This document shows positions 9,469-19,767 of a stretch of DNA of 64,000 nt, in pieces. Made by a program: the position numbers and the translations under genes. Under the pieces are notes generated by a model. The model was not told the DNA's origin. It was given only the letters and a program-made list of their open reading frames with translations, and did not search any database. The stretch is taken from NCBI GenBank assembly GCA_041937175.2, contig CP166615.1, positions 1,984,001-2,048,000 of the forward strand, given 5' to 3'. Origin of the DNA: Limnothrix sp. BL-A-16 (GTDB lineage: Bacteria; Cyanobacteriota; Cyanobacteriia; CACIAM-69d). The number at the start of each line of letters is the position of its first letter. Position 1 is the stretch's first letter.

Positions 9469-10371
9469 AGACCTCTTGCACGAATAAAGGAGTAATGTAG
9501 AAAGTCGTCGTCACCATCCCTGGGAGATGCTCTACGAAAACCTTGCATCACTTCCCCCATCGCAATTTCGCCGCGCTTGTGGCTTCAGTCGCTCTACCTT
9601 CCAAGCCATGCTCGATGTCCTCCGTCCCGCCCTCGACCGTAGCGGCAAACGCGGTGGACAAAATAGCCTCAGCGTGGAGAATCAACTCCTGCTGACCCTG
9701 CAATACTGGCGCGAGTATCGCACCCAATTCCATATCGGTCTTGATTTCGGGGTCTCAGAAGCGACCGTCTGTCGGATCATCAACCGCGTTGAGACTGTCT
9801 TGGTCAAAAGTGGTCGGTTTGCGTTGCCCGGCAAACGCCGCCTCTTAGACCCCGAGGCTGATGAGTCAGTAGTGGTGATTGATGTGACCGAAGTCGCCAT
9901 TGAACGACCCAAAAAAACAGCGTGCTTACTACAGCGGCAAGCAGAAGCAACATACGCTGAAAGGGCAATTGGTGATTGATTGGCGCTCCGGTCAATTCCT
10001 GGCCGCGGCGATGGGTCGAGGTCGCACCCATGACCTGCGGCTTTGGCGTGAGAGTGCTTTTCGTTTAGCTCCAGACCGGCTGTGTCTAGCGGATAGTGGG
10101 TATCAAGGGCTAGCTCGTCACCATGAGGCCACGATCCTCCCGAAACGGAAACCACCTCGAAAGTCTCTGCCGGAGGTGGAAAAAGCTTGCAATCAGGCGT
10201 TGGCTGCGGTGCGCATTCGGATTGAGCATGCCATTCGTCGCTTGAAGCGATTTCGGATTTTCTCAGGACGCTATCGCAATCGTCGTCGCCGTTTTGGCTT
10301 GAGGCTCCATCTGTTAGCTGGGTTGCTCAACTACCAGGCAATGCATCCAATTTGATTCGTGCAAGAGGTCT
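9469..10371 (+). mobile_element. IS5-family insertion sequence (ISL2/IS702-like), 903 bp
   Basis: Perfect 17-bp TIRs AGACCTCTTGCACGAAT; AAT duplicated at 9466-9468 and 10372-10374. Confidence 0.92.
9527..10355 (+). CDS. IS5-family DDE transposase split over two frames
   Basis: HTH region (LTLQYWREY), IDVTE, ADSGYQG, RIRIEH; frames join at the A7 run 9911-9917. Confidence 0.88.
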
Positions 10372-10735
10372 AATGCATGGCCGATGAAGCCCGTCGCTAC
10401 GGGATCAAGGTCACGCTGTTCTATTTTGGTGGCATTGATTCACCCTTTTGGGACAACGTGAGCCTCAAGGTCGATCGCGCCAAAATGCTGTCCACGGAAA
10501 CGGCGGCCGATGCCATTTTGTTTGCTCTCAGTGCAGAACCGCAAGCCATTCCCATGGAAATCAATATTCAGCCGGAAAGCCATCTCTTTTTCTAGGCATT
10601 CGTGAATATTCATCGGCCATCGAGAATAGCAATTCAGCGCCCCCGTTCAAGGCAGTCGCTCGGGGACAAAACCTGCTGATCGATCGCCTCGCTCCGCCAT
10701 TGACTCGCTTTGGCCGATTGCTCTATGCTTGTGAT

Positions 10736-10750
10736 TGAGAATGATTCTCA
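10736..10750 (+). promoter_or_regulatory. Zur box
   Basis: Perfect 7-1-7 palindrome TGAGAAT-G-ATTCTCA downstream of TTGACT (10700)/TATGCT (10724), in front of a znuA-like gene. Confidence 0.8.
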
Positions 10751-10815
10751 TTCTAGAGAAGCCTCTGAATCTTGGCGTGGGCCAACCAGAGGCATAACCG
10801 CAAGCTTAGGTGTGA

Positions 10816-12006
10816 TTGATGGGTGGGATGACTCGAACCATGGCGGAACGGCGATCGCGCAACCGGGGAATCGGGCGGATGCAATGGCCAGCGATTGCCC
10901 TTGGCCTGGCCCTGCTGGGAACGGGTTGCGGCACTGGATCCAACTCCGGGGGAACAACCAACGGTAACAGCGCCCAAGCAACCAACACCACCGCCAACCC
11001 CGATCGCCCCAAGGTGGTGGCCAGTGGTGGCGTGGTTTGCGACTTGGCCCAGCAAATTGCGGGCGAGACGATCGACCTCACCTGTTTGGTGCAACCCGGC
11101 CGCGACCCCCACACCTACGAACCCACCCCCAGCGATCGCGCCGCGATTGAGTCTGCCAGTCTCGTGCTCTATGGCGGCTACGACTTTGAAGGAGGGTTAA
11201 CCAAGACCCTCACCAGCGCCCCCACCCAGGGCCCCAAAGTGGCAATTTTTGAAAAGGCCGTTCCCAGTCCCCTGAAAATGGCCGCCCATGATCATGATCA
11301 CGACCATGGCCACGACCACGACCATGAAGATGACCACGACCACAAAGCCGAAGCGGCCGCCAAACCCGAGGAACATGATCACGACCATGATGCAGATCCA
11401 AAAACTGCAACTGGGGCAGCGGCGGAACTGGTGGCGGATCCTCACGTGTGGCACAGCCCCCAAAATGGGCAAAAGCTAACGGCGATCGTGGCGGCCCAAC
11501 TGAGTCAACTGATTCCCACCCAAGCCGATCGCTATCAACAGGCTGCCCAGGCCCTGACCGGCGAACTGCAAGCACTCGATCGCTGGATTCAAACCCAAGT
11601 AGCCACCGTCCCGCCCGATCGACGGCGACTCATCACCACCCACGATGCCTTGCGCTACTACGCTCAAGCCTATGGATTTGAGGTGAAAGGGGCCCTCAGC
11701 GGCCTGAGCACCGAAGAGCGACCAACCCCCAGCAAGCTGGCGGAACTGGTGAAACTGGTCAAGGCGGCCAATGTGCCAGCGATTTTTGCGGAAGCGTCCA
11801 CCAACCCCAAAACGATCGCCACCGTTGCTCGCGAGGCCGGCGTGCAGGTAGCTGCCAACCCGCTCTATATTGACGGGCCCGGCGCACCGGGAACGGCGGG
11901 ATCCACCTATCAAACCATGCTGATTAGCAATACTTGCACGGTGGTGAATGCTTTGGGAGGGCAATGCGAACCCAAGACGGCTCCCCTGGGGAAATCTGGT
12001 TCTTGA
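10816..12006 (+). CDS. Zinc ABC transporter substrate-binding lipoprotein (ZnuA-like)
   Basis: Lipobox LGTGC, DPHTYEP, His/Asp-rich loop, DPHVW, TTHDA; exact start uncertain. Confidence 0.9.
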   Translation: MMGGMTRTMAERRSRNRGIGRMQWPAIALGLALLGTGCGTGSNSGGTTNGNSAQATNTTANPDRPKVVASGGVVCDLAQQIAGETIDLTCLVQPGRDPHTYEPTPSDRAAIESASLVLYGGYDFEGGLTKTLTSAPTQGPKVAIFEKAVPSPLKMAAHDHDHDHGHDHDHEDDHDHKAEAAAKPEEHDHDHDADPKTATGAAAELVADPHVWHSPQNGQKLTAIVAAQLSQLIPTQADRYQQAAQALTGELQALDRWIQTQVATVPPDRRRLITTHDALRYYAQAYGFEVKGALSGLSTEERPTPSKLAELVKLVKAANVPAIFAEASTNPKTIATVAREAGVQVAANPLYIDGPGAPGTAGSTYQTMLISNTCTVVNALGGQCEPKTAPLGKSGS

Positions 12007-12286
12007 AGCCCCGTTCTTGAAATTCAAATCTCAAAATCTAGGACTCAAGGTTTAAATTTTGAATTTTAGTTTCTAGAATTTAGTTCCTGAAGTTGAGTTC
12101 TCGATCTTTGGTGATCAAAATTTCGATTTTTGAGCCATATTCTTCACCACTTTTTGAGATTTAATCTTGCTCTAATCTTGGATTACGCTTCCTTGATGAA
12201 TACATTCAATTCATCGGCTCAAGGAAGCAATTTCATCTCTGCGCTAACCTGAGATATTCAAGATTTGCGAGGCAAGTACAACAACC

Positions 12287-13003
12287 ATGTACGTTCTCAT
12301 CGGTGGCGCAGGAATGATGGGATTGCGGTTAGCCCAACAACTCCTAGAGCTGGGGCATACCGTTGCTGTGATTGACAAAGATCCCTTAGCCTGTCGATTT
12401 GCTCGCGAACAAATTGGGGTGATGGCCTTCGAGGGCAGCGCAGTGAGCACCGCAGTGCTTCTGGAGGCTGGGATCCGGCAGGCCAATGCGGTGGTAGCAG
12501 CCCTGAGGGATGATGCTTTGAATTTAGCGCTCATCACCTTATCCAAAAGTTACGGCATTGCCCACACTGTTGTTCGGATGCTCGATCGCGAGTTTCTGGA
12601 TGCTTATCGTTTAGCCGGCGCTAGCCACATCATCAGCACCATTGATTTGGCAGTGGCCACGATGGCCAATGCGATCGAATACCCAGAAGTGGAATCGATG
12701 ATGCATTTTGAACAGGGTCAGGTTGAAGTGCTCAAGCTACCTGTTCCCAATGACTGTTATGTGGTCGATCGCACGATCGCTCAGATTGCCCAAGATCCCG
12801 ATTTCCCAACGGGATCCCTCATCATTGGTTATCAAAGTCATGCTTGTAGCAACTTAGAAATTCCCAATGGTCAAACAGTTTTGAAAGCTGGCTCTACCAT
12901 TTTGGTCGTGACCCGGCCGGAACTCGTTCGGCCGATGATCAAATACCTTGGACTCACTGCTAGTCATCGCTCAGAGACTGAAGCTTTTGATCCAAATCCT
13001 TGA
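12287..13003 (+). CDS. TrkA/KtrA family RCK protein
   Basis: GAGMMG Rossmann motif, EAGIRQA, TrkA-C-like C-terminus. Confidence 0.88.
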   Translation: MYVLIGGAGMMGLRLAQQLLELGHTVAVIDKDPLACRFAREQIGVMAFEGSAVSTAVLLEAGIRQANAVVAALRDDALNLALITLSKSYGIAHTVVRMLDREFLDAYRLAGASHIISTIDLAVATMANAIEYPEVESMMHFEQGQVEVLKLPVPNDCYVVDRTIAQIAQDPDFPTGSLIIGYQSHACSNLEIPNGQTVLKAGSTILVVTRPELVRPMIKYLGLTASHRSETEAFDPNP

Positions 13004-14612
13004 TATAGCGTCGCACCACATCTTCTGAAACAATCCGCTTGCGCAGGGCATCGTTAATTGCACCCTTTTCCGCAATCATTAACTGTCTTCGCACCACATC
13101 TAATTGACTGGGATGATGCAGACCCAAATGGGCTTGGTGTTGGTTATAGACCCCCCTCAAAACCCGTTCTGATCCGGCGACTTTGGCTTGATAAGCAGCC
13201 CAAAGCTCCTCGTAAATTGCTTTTGGTAAAACGCCAGCCTTGAGTAGCTGGGCAAGTTCATCCTGCGCTGCCTTGGCCCCAATCAGTTGAATTTGTAATT
13301 GGCCAATTTCTTCGGATATTCCATTGCCTTGGCCGATGTTGAGCTGCTTGATCAGCCAAGGCAATGCCAGTCCCTGAATCACCAACGAAAATAGGACTGC
13401 CCCAAAAACCAGCTCAATAATGAATTCCCGGCCAACAAAGCCCACAGGAATGGCGATCGCCAAGGCCATGGACAGCGATCCTTTAATGTTGCCGAGCACT
13501 AGGACATGTTGCCAACGGAGGGGAATTGGGCGATCGAACCAACGCAATCCGGCCAGCAATGAATAAACAGAGATAATGCGTCCTAATTGATAGGCAATGA
13601 TCACCAAAATAACCGCCGGAAGAATTTTCCAAAGGGCTAGGGGATTAATTTCAATGCCAATCAACAGAAAGATGAATGTATTAACACTAAAACCTGCATA
13701 TTCCCAAAAGCTGAGCAACGTGATGCGATAGGAGGCTGATGTGGCTTGGGGCAAACCCAAATTACCAAAAACCAAACCAGCAATCACGACGGCTACTGCA
13801 CCAGAAACACCCAAAAATTGGCCTAATTGGAACGTGCCTAAAGCCAATGCTACGGTTAGCAGCAAGCTGCTCAATGGATCTTGCAGGCGATTAAAAATTG
13901 GCAGGCAAAGATAGCCTAAAACTGCTCCGAGGAATGCACCACCCAAGGAAACAAGCAGCATCTCTTTGATGCCTTGACTGACGGTAATGCTACCGGTGGA
14001 GTAAATGACCAACAGCAAATTGAAGGACACTAAGGCTGCGGCATCGTTAAATAATGTTTCGCCTTCAACGATCGTTGAAAGCCGCGAAGGAACTCGCAGT
14101 TCCTTAAACACCGCGATCATGGAAACGGTGTCGGTATTAGCCAAAATTACGCCAATCAAAAGCGCATTAACCCAGTCCAACCCTAAACTCAGTTTCACCA
14201 GAACAGCAATGATCCCTGAGGATAATAAGGAGCCAGGAATTGCGAGCAGGGCGATCGGTTTGAAGGTGCTGCGAAGGCGACTAATATCCGTGTTGATTGC
14301 CGCTTCAAAGATCAGAATTGGCAGAAAAAGATTGAGCACCAGCGACGGATCCAAACCAATGCGCTGGGATAGCAAGTCGGTGATGGGTAGCCCCGCCAGC
14401 ACCAAACCGGTGACATAGGGAATTCTCAATCGCTGAGTCACCAGAGCAACGGTGGTTGCCAGCAAGAGCAGGATAATGAGGATATTAATCAGTTCGGAAA
14501 TGCTGCCGGCTGCTAGACTGCTGACCACTGAATCATTGGAATTGTTAACTGAATTGCTGTTCGCTAGGGATTGTGGCAAGGAGGAAAGAGTCAGAAACCA
14601 ATCATGCTTCAT
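12960..14612 (-). CDS. CPA1 family Na+/H+ antiporter
   Basis: FLPILIFEAA, NTDTVS and VEGETLFNDAAA motifs, multiple TM segments. Confidence 0.9.
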   Translation of the reverse strand: MKHDWFLTLSSLPQSLANSNSVNNSNDSVVSSLAAGSISELINILIILLLLATTVALVTQRLRIPYVTGLVLAGLPITDLLSQRIGLDPSLVLNLFLPILIFEAAINTDISRLRSTFKPIALLAIPGSLLSSGIIAVLVKLSLGLDWVNALLIGVILANTDTVSMIAVFKELRVPSRLSTIVEGETLFNDAAALVSFNLLLVIYSTGSITVSQGIKEMLLVSLGGAFLGAVLGYLCLPIFNRLQDPLSSLLLTVALALGTFQLGQFLGVSGAVAVVIAGLVFGNLGLPQATSASYRITLLSFWEYAGFSVNTFIFLLIGIEINPLALWKILPAVILVIIAYQLGRIISVYSLLAGLRWFDRPIPLRWQHVLVLGNIKGSLSMALAIAIPVGFVGREFIIELVFGAVLFSLVIQGLALPWLIKQLNIGQGNGISEEIGQLQIQLIGAKAAQDELAQLLKAGVLPKAIYEELWAAYQAKVAGSERVLRGVYNQHQAHLGLHHPSQLDVVRRQLMIAEKGAINDALRKRIVSEDVVRRYIKDLDQKLQSLSDD

Positions 14613-14783
14613 GCGGTTTTCTCCTAGATTAATGACGAAGGTTAATGGCAAATTTGCCCCGCTCTAATTTGGTCGGGAGGGGGGTAGGCGTGGCCAGATT
14701 TCTGGCGAGCTGTTACAGTCGATCGCCCAATTGAAATGCCAGGCCGAATAGTTAGGTTAAGTTAGATCAAAATTAAGTCAAAG

Positions 14784-15983
14784 TTAGGCCGCGACGAGCG
14801 ATCGAATTAGTTCCGCCAATTGATCCACTTCTGCTTCTTGGGTGAAGTAATGAACACAGGCCCGCGCACAATCGGGATTGGGCAGGGTTCGTAGCAAGTA
14901 TTTTTGTTTTTCCAGGGTGGCCACGAGCGATCGAGCGTTGTGGGAGCCGCTGACCTTGAAGGAAACGAGGCCGGTTGGCGGCGGATATGGCAGCCAACAT
15001 TCCACCTGGGGAATAGTTTGCAGATGTTGCCAAAGACGGCCGGCAAGCTGCACGATTCGATCGTACCGTTGCTGGGGTGTGCCCCAACGGCGGTGCAAGT
15101 CCAGAGCCGATTGGAGACCTAGCCCAAGCGCATAGGCGGAGGTGGCCACTTCAAAGCGCTGGCCGGTGGTTTTGTGGCCCGTGGGGTTGCCTTGGCGATC
15201 GGCTGTGATGCCACGCCAGCCCACAAAGGTTGGCTCCAGGCTCGATCGGGGATTCACATACAATCCCCCCAACCCATCGGGTCCACAACACCACTTGTGG
15301 CCCGTGAAGGCATAGAAATCAATCTCTAATTCCGACAGATTCAAGGGCAACAGGCCCACCGATTGGGCTGCATCAACCAGGATTTGCACGGAGGGCTGTT
15401 GGTGGCGGCAAGCGCGGGCAATGGCTTGCACATCGAGAATTTCGCCCGTATTCCAAAGGGCGTGGCTCACCAACACCAAGCGGGTTTGGGGATGTAGATG
15501 GGCCAAAATAGCTTCCATGATCGGTTGCTCAGGGACGCGATCGCGCAGGGGAAATTGATCGATCGTCACTCCCCAGCGCTGGGCGATCGCTTGGGCGGCG
15601 GCCACCACCCCCGGATGCTCGGAATCGCTCATCAATAGCCGATCGCCCGATCGCCAAGGCAATCCCCAAAGGGCAATGTTGCAGCCGGCCGTCACATTCT
15701 CAGTCAGGGCGATCGTCTCGGGACTCACCTGCAATTCCTGGGCAATGGCTTGGCGGGTGGCGGCCAATTGCGCATCAACCCAATCGCCCACAGCGCTGCT
15801 GAAGGGGCCCAATTGCTGCATCGTTTGCCAGGCTTGCACCATGGCTTCCAGGGATCCTTGGGGTAGTGGCCCTTGGCCGCCGTAGTTGAAATAGGTTTTG
15901 TTGTCTAGGGCGGGGAATTGGGAACGCACCTGATCAATGCTCCAGGGTTCTCCGTTCCTAGGTTCTTGGTTCGTTTGTGCCAT
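14784..15983 (-). CDS. Class V PLP aminotransferase (cysteine/cystine lyase, C-DES-like)
   Basis: YFNYGGQGP, DAAQS, FTGHKW (PLP lysine), RACVHY. Confidence 0.87.
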   Translation of the reverse strand: MAQTNQEPRNGEPWSIDQVRSQFPALDNKTYFNYGGQGPLPQGSLEAMVQAWQTMQQLGPFSSAVGDWVDAQLAATRQAIAQELQVSPETIALTENVTAGCNIALWGLPWRSGDRLLMSDSEHPGVVAAAQAIAQRWGVTIDQFPLRDRVPEQPIMEAILAHLHPQTRLVLVSHALWNTGEILDVQAIARACRHQQPSVQILVDAAQSVGLLPLNLSELEIDFYAFTGHKWCCGPDGLGGLYVNPRSSLEPTFVGWRGITADRQGNPTGHKTTGQRFEVATSAYALGLGLQSALDLHRRWGTPQQRYDRIVQLAGRLWQHLQTIPQVECWLPYPPPTGLVSFKVSGSHNARSLVATLEKQKYLLRTLPNPDCARACVHYFTQEAEVDQLAELIRSLVAA

Positions 15984-16193
15984 ATCCCTGTTGCCCGCAA
16001 CCACCATGTTTCCAAACGCTCCTGCCAGTAGACTGCTAGTGGGTTTCAACTAATCCCTGTGCAGTCAATCTCAAAGTTTTTATCTTGCGGTTTTTTGCGG
16101 TTTTTATTCCGCAATTTCCATTTCGCAGTTTCTGTCTCGCAGCAGCTCTCCCGATGTTTCGAGGTGGCGGGCGCGAGCCAGGTTGCGTGAATC

Positions 16194-17387
16194 CTAACCA
16201 GCAGCCCAGTCGCGATCGGTTGCCCGTCGTTTGGTGTCATTCAAAGACTGTTTTACCCGTTCCAACACCCAACTGAAGGTTTCAAAAACCTGCCGGAGCG
16301 ATTGTTCATCCCGCAGGGTTGAAAGACTGAAGTTGGGGGCCCGGCGCTCCCGTGAGTCCGGCGGAAGGGCCAGGCCGATCGAGCTAAGGTGGCTGCGCAA
16401 TTCCATCCATTCGTCGTGGCGCGTGAAGGGATACCAAGAAGCGTAGGTGCTGGAATTGATTTCCAAGCCCCCATCAATCCCCACTTTGAACAGCTCATGG
16501 GACTCGCCACGCCCAAAATCACACATGGCCACAAACCCGCCGTAGGTGTCGCCCGTGCGCCAGTAAACCTCCACGTTGGGATGATCGCTACACCACTCGT
16601 AAATGTGGTGTGCAATGGCGGCTTCGTCTTCCCCCTGGCGGGCGCTGAATTCTTGGAAGAAGCTGTCTTCGTCCCAACGCCGCCGATCGAGGGCGGGGGA
16701 AGCACTCTTGGAGTCGGTCATGCGCCCAATTAATCGGGGCACGAGGGTGCGAAATCCTTCATCGCTCACGTATTGGCGCAGTTCAATTGCCTGAACTTCT
16801 GCCGGATCCATCTGGGCGTTCAAAAATTCCACCGTCCGCACCAGTTCCGGCGAGAGGGCATCGGAAACCACCACAATCCGGATTCGACCCGCTTGCAGGT
16901 TGGTTTTCACCTGTTGCCAAAAACGTTCCTCTTCCTCGTCATGGCCCAGGAAGTCTTCCACCACTTGATCGGGATCCCGATCGTTGGCGCGGCAGTTGGC
17001 TTCAAATTGGGCCAGCATGGTTTCGATCGGCCAATATTGCGACAGGTTCGCGGCATATTCAATCGCCTGGCCAATCAGCTCTTGGGCCTGTTGACCGCCG
17101 CCGCGTCCGTGGCTGCAAAACACTTCCACCACCGTGGGCACACCGCTGCGATCGAGAAAAATCCGATCCAGAGACCAGCGATCGTCCCGTTCGTCATCAA
17201 AAGTCACCGTGTTCTGGCGAGTGATGGCCAACCAGTCCTGATCACGGTTAATGAGGCTGCGATCGCCAGCCAATAGGTTGGGGTAAGTTTCCAAGAGTTC
17301 CTGAAGAAGCGTCACCGACCCATAGGGCTGCTCCATCATCTCCACGAGTCGCCCATCATTGCGTACGAAGTAAATTCCGCTGCTCAT
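16194..17387 (-). CDS. Hypothetical protein with a degenerate PD-(D/E)XK (NucS-like) N-terminal domain
   Basis: WSLDRIFLDRSGVPTVVEV...GQAIEYAA pattern. Confidence 0.6.
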   Translation of the reverse strand: MSSGIYFVRNDGRLVEMMEQPYGSVTLLQELLETYPNLLAGDRSLINRDQDWLAITRQNTVTFDDERDDRWSLDRIFLDRSGVPTVVEVFCSHGRGGGQQAQELIGQAIEYAANLSQYWPIETMLAQFEANCRANDRDPDQVVEDFLGHDEEEERFWQQVKTNLQAGRIRIVVVSDALSPELVRTVEFLNAQMDPAEVQAIELRQYVSDEGFRTLVPRLIGRMTDSKSASPALDRRRWDEDSFFQEFSARQGEDEAAIAHHIYEWCSDHPNVEVYWRTGDTYGGFVAMCDFGRGESHELFKVGIDGGLEINSSTYASWYPFTRHDEWMELRSHLSSIGLALPPDSRERRAPNFSLSTLRDEQSLRQVFETFSWVLERVKQSLNDTKRRATDRDWAAG

Positions 17388-17514
17388 GCCTATTGCTCTT
17401 CAGTTGCTGCCGTGAACTGGTGATCGCCGGGGGGCCATGGCGGCCCCCAATCCTTAGCACCGCTTGGGCGACGGACTCATTGGCGACGGATTAACTTGAC
17501 CCGGGGCCGGATCA

Positions 17515-18360
17515 TCAGCCCCTCCACACCCCGTTAAAAACCGCTTCTGCCGGCCCCGTCATGAGGATCCGATCGCTCACAGCATCCCAGGTGATCTGCA
17601 ATGGGCCGCCGGGAAGCTCCACCGTAGCCACTCGATCGCTGTGGCCATTTAACACGGCTGCTACCAGTGTTGCACAGGCCCCCGTTCCACAGGCCAACGT
17701 AATGCCCGCGCCGCGCTCCCAAACTCGCATTCGTAGATAGTCGCGCCGCACCACTTCCACAAATTCCACATTGGTTTTTTGGGGGAAGGCCGGATGGCAT
17801 TCGATTTGCGGGCCAATGGCGGGCAGGTCGATCGCGCTCACATCTTCCACAAAGGTGACACAGTGGGGATTTCCCATGCTGACGGTGGTTACTGTCCAAT
17901 CTTGGCCCGCGGCCGTGAGCGATCGGGCCAGGGCCGTTTCGCCCGTTGTGCCCAGGGTGGTGGGAATCCGTTCGGCTGCCAAAATTGGCTGGCCCATGTC
18001 CACGGTCACCTGGCCATCGGCTTGAATGGTGGGGATAATGAAACCCGCCAGCGTATGGACTTTGTAGGTTTTTTCGGTGTTTTCTAGGCCTTCCAGGGCC
18101 GCTAAATATTTGGCAAAGCAGCGAATGCCATTGCCGCACATTTCCGGTTCAGAACCATCGGAGTTAAAAATTCGCATGGTGTAATCGGCTCCCTGCTCGC
18201 CGGGCAGCACAAAGATCACACCGTCGGCCCCAATGCCAAAATGGCGATCGCACAGTTGCACGGCCTGTTCAGGCGAGAGAATTGGCTCTGCTCGATCGCG
18301 GTTATCCAGCAGAATAAAGTCATTCCCTAATCCGTGATACTTTGCAAACGCAAGTCCCAT
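17515..18360 (-). CDS. dapF: Diaminopimelate epimerase
   Basis: [32 protein letters not shown]. Confidence 0.96.
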   Translation of the reverse strand: MGLAFAKYHGLGNDFILLDNRDRAEPILSPEQAVQLCDRHFGIGADGVIFVLPGEQGADYTMRIFNSDGSEPEMCGNGIRCFAKYLAALEGLENTEKTYKVHTLAGFIIPTIQADGQVTVDMGQPILAAERIPTTLGTTGETALARSLTAAGQDWTVTTVSMGNPHCVTFVEDVSAIDLPAIGPQIECHPAFPQKTNVEFVEVVRRDYLRMRVWERGAGITLACGTGACATLVAAVLNGHSDRVATVELPGGPLQITWDAVSDRILMTGPAEAVFNGVWRG

Positions 18361-18372
18361 TGAGCACTCCCT

Positions 18373-18588
18373 ATGGCTGAAGAATTTAATACTGGGCTGC
18401 CCAGCACCCGTCAAGTGCAGACAGCCATTAAGAATAAGCAAGAAGTGGAACTAAAGCTGCTAACCAATGACCTGATCGCAGGCAAGGTGAAGTGGCAGGA
18501 CAGTGATTGCATCTGCATTGTTGACCATTACGACCAGCCTACAATCGTTTGGCGACACGCGATCGCCTATCTCAAGCCCAAGGCCTAG
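18373..18588 (+). CDS. hfq: Cyanobacterial Hfq
   Basis: [19 protein letters not shown] and AIAYLKP; adjacent to dapF. Confidence 0.9.
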   Translation: MAEEFNTGLPSTRQVQTAIKNKQEVELKLLTNDLIAGKVKWQDSDCICIVDHYDQPTIVWRHAIAYLKPKA

Positions 18589-18669
18589 GAGCAACTCAAC
18601 GGCTCATTCAGCGGCTGAACTGGCTGATCAGCAAACGTTTGCGTTGGTTTTGGGGTTTGCGTTGGCCTA

Positions 18670-18811
18670 GGGTCTGTCGCCATTTCCTAGGATCGGGCGG
18701 AAACGATTGATTTTCCATGTCCCAGTCGTCGTAACAAAGGGCTTGAGCATCTTGTCCCCCACGATCTGCCAAAGGTGGAATCAGGGTTTCAGGCGATTTG
18801 ACAACAGGCCC
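18670..18811. mobile_element. MITE-like element, family B
   Basis: TA|GGGTCTGTCGCCATTT...TTTGACAACAGGCCC|TA with degenerate central hairpin; overlaps the FTR1 stop. Confidence 0.7.
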
Positions 18812-19767
18812 TAACCTTGACCCGACTGGGCAGAAGACTGGGCCGGCGAAGCTTCGGCCGGGGCCGCAGGAGCGCGCTGGCCCCGCAAACTGCGGAAGTA
18901 AAGGGTTCCCACGCCCCCCAAAAAGAGGCCATACCCGATCGCCTGAGCCAGGTAGAGATGGTCACGGTAGCCAAAGAGGGTTTTGAGCAACAGACCCGGC
19001 AACACCCGATCGCTCAAGGTCGCTGACCAATCCCAAACCAAAGGCCCCAGCAAGCAGGAATCGCCCCCCACGGCACAAAGGCCAGCCCAGCCGGGATGCA
19101 GTTGCCCCCAAAGAACCGCCGCCGCGTCCAGGTGCTTGAGCACGGAAATCACCAACGCGCCCACCACCAGCAGCAGAATGGTGCCCACCACTTGGAAAAA
19201 TCGGCGCACATCAATCTTGATGCCAAAGCGAAAGAGCAGCAGTCCCATGATGGCGGCTCCGATTACGCCCGCGATCGCCCCCACGGCGGCCCCGAGGCTT
19301 TCCTGAAACTGGGCAGCAATGAAAATGACCGTTTCCAGTCCCTCTTGCAGCACGGCGGCCGTAACCAAGCCAAAAATTTTCCAGGCGGCTCCCGTTTGCG
19401 CCCCGATCGCCCGCTGCACGGAGGATTGCACCTCTCCTTTCAGTTGTTTGGCTTGCTGAGTCATCCAAACCAACATCCAACTCAACAGACCAATGGCGAT
19501 CGCGCCCAAAATCACTTTTAAGCCTTGAGTCCAAAAGGGGGCCCAAGGGGTAACCGATCGATCCAAGGCCCCAAACACCCCGGCCAACCCAACGCCGACC
19601 AAGGCACTCAGGCACAACCCCGCCACAATGCCCCAAGCCACCGATCGGTTGAGGTGGGTTTGGCCCGCCTGTTGCAAACAGGCCAACACCAAGCCAATGA
19701 TCAAAACCGCTTCAAACCCCTCACGCAGGGCGATCGAAAAGGTTGGCAACGCATCCACAAAGTTCAT
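18811..19767 (-). CDS. FTR1/EfeU family iron permease
   Basis: REGFE motif and a second, variant QEGLE motif; multiple TM segments. Confidence 0.9.
   Translation of the reverse strand: MNFVDALPTFSIALREGFEAVLIIGLVLACLQQAGQTHLNRSVAWGIVAGLCLSALVGVGLAGVFGALDRSVTPWAPFWTQGLKVILGAIAIGLLSWMLVWMTQQAKQLKGEVQSSVQRAIGAQTGAAWKIFGLVTAAVLQEGLETVIFIAAQFQESLGAAVGAIAGVIGAAIMGLLLFRFGIKIDVRRFFQVVGTILLLVVGALVISVLKHLDAAAVLWGQLHPGWAGLCAVGGDSCLLGPLVWDWSATLSDRVLPGLLLKTLFGYRDHLYLAQAIGYGLFLGGVGTLYFRSLRGQRAPAAPAEASPAQSSAQSGQG

Larger units (their letters stand above)
8955..10595 (+). pseudogene. SDR family oxidoreductase interrupted by an IS
   Basis: GGTGGIG, NAAG and YCASK in the 5' part; removing the IS and one AAT restores ...GLSK-CMADEARR... 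in frame to the stop at 10595. Confidence 0.9.

Noticed and set aside
9469..10371. This IS as the mobiliser of the MITE families
   Set aside because: Its TIR (AGACCTCTTGCACGAAT) does not convincingly match either family; only a 6-nt resemblance at 46693
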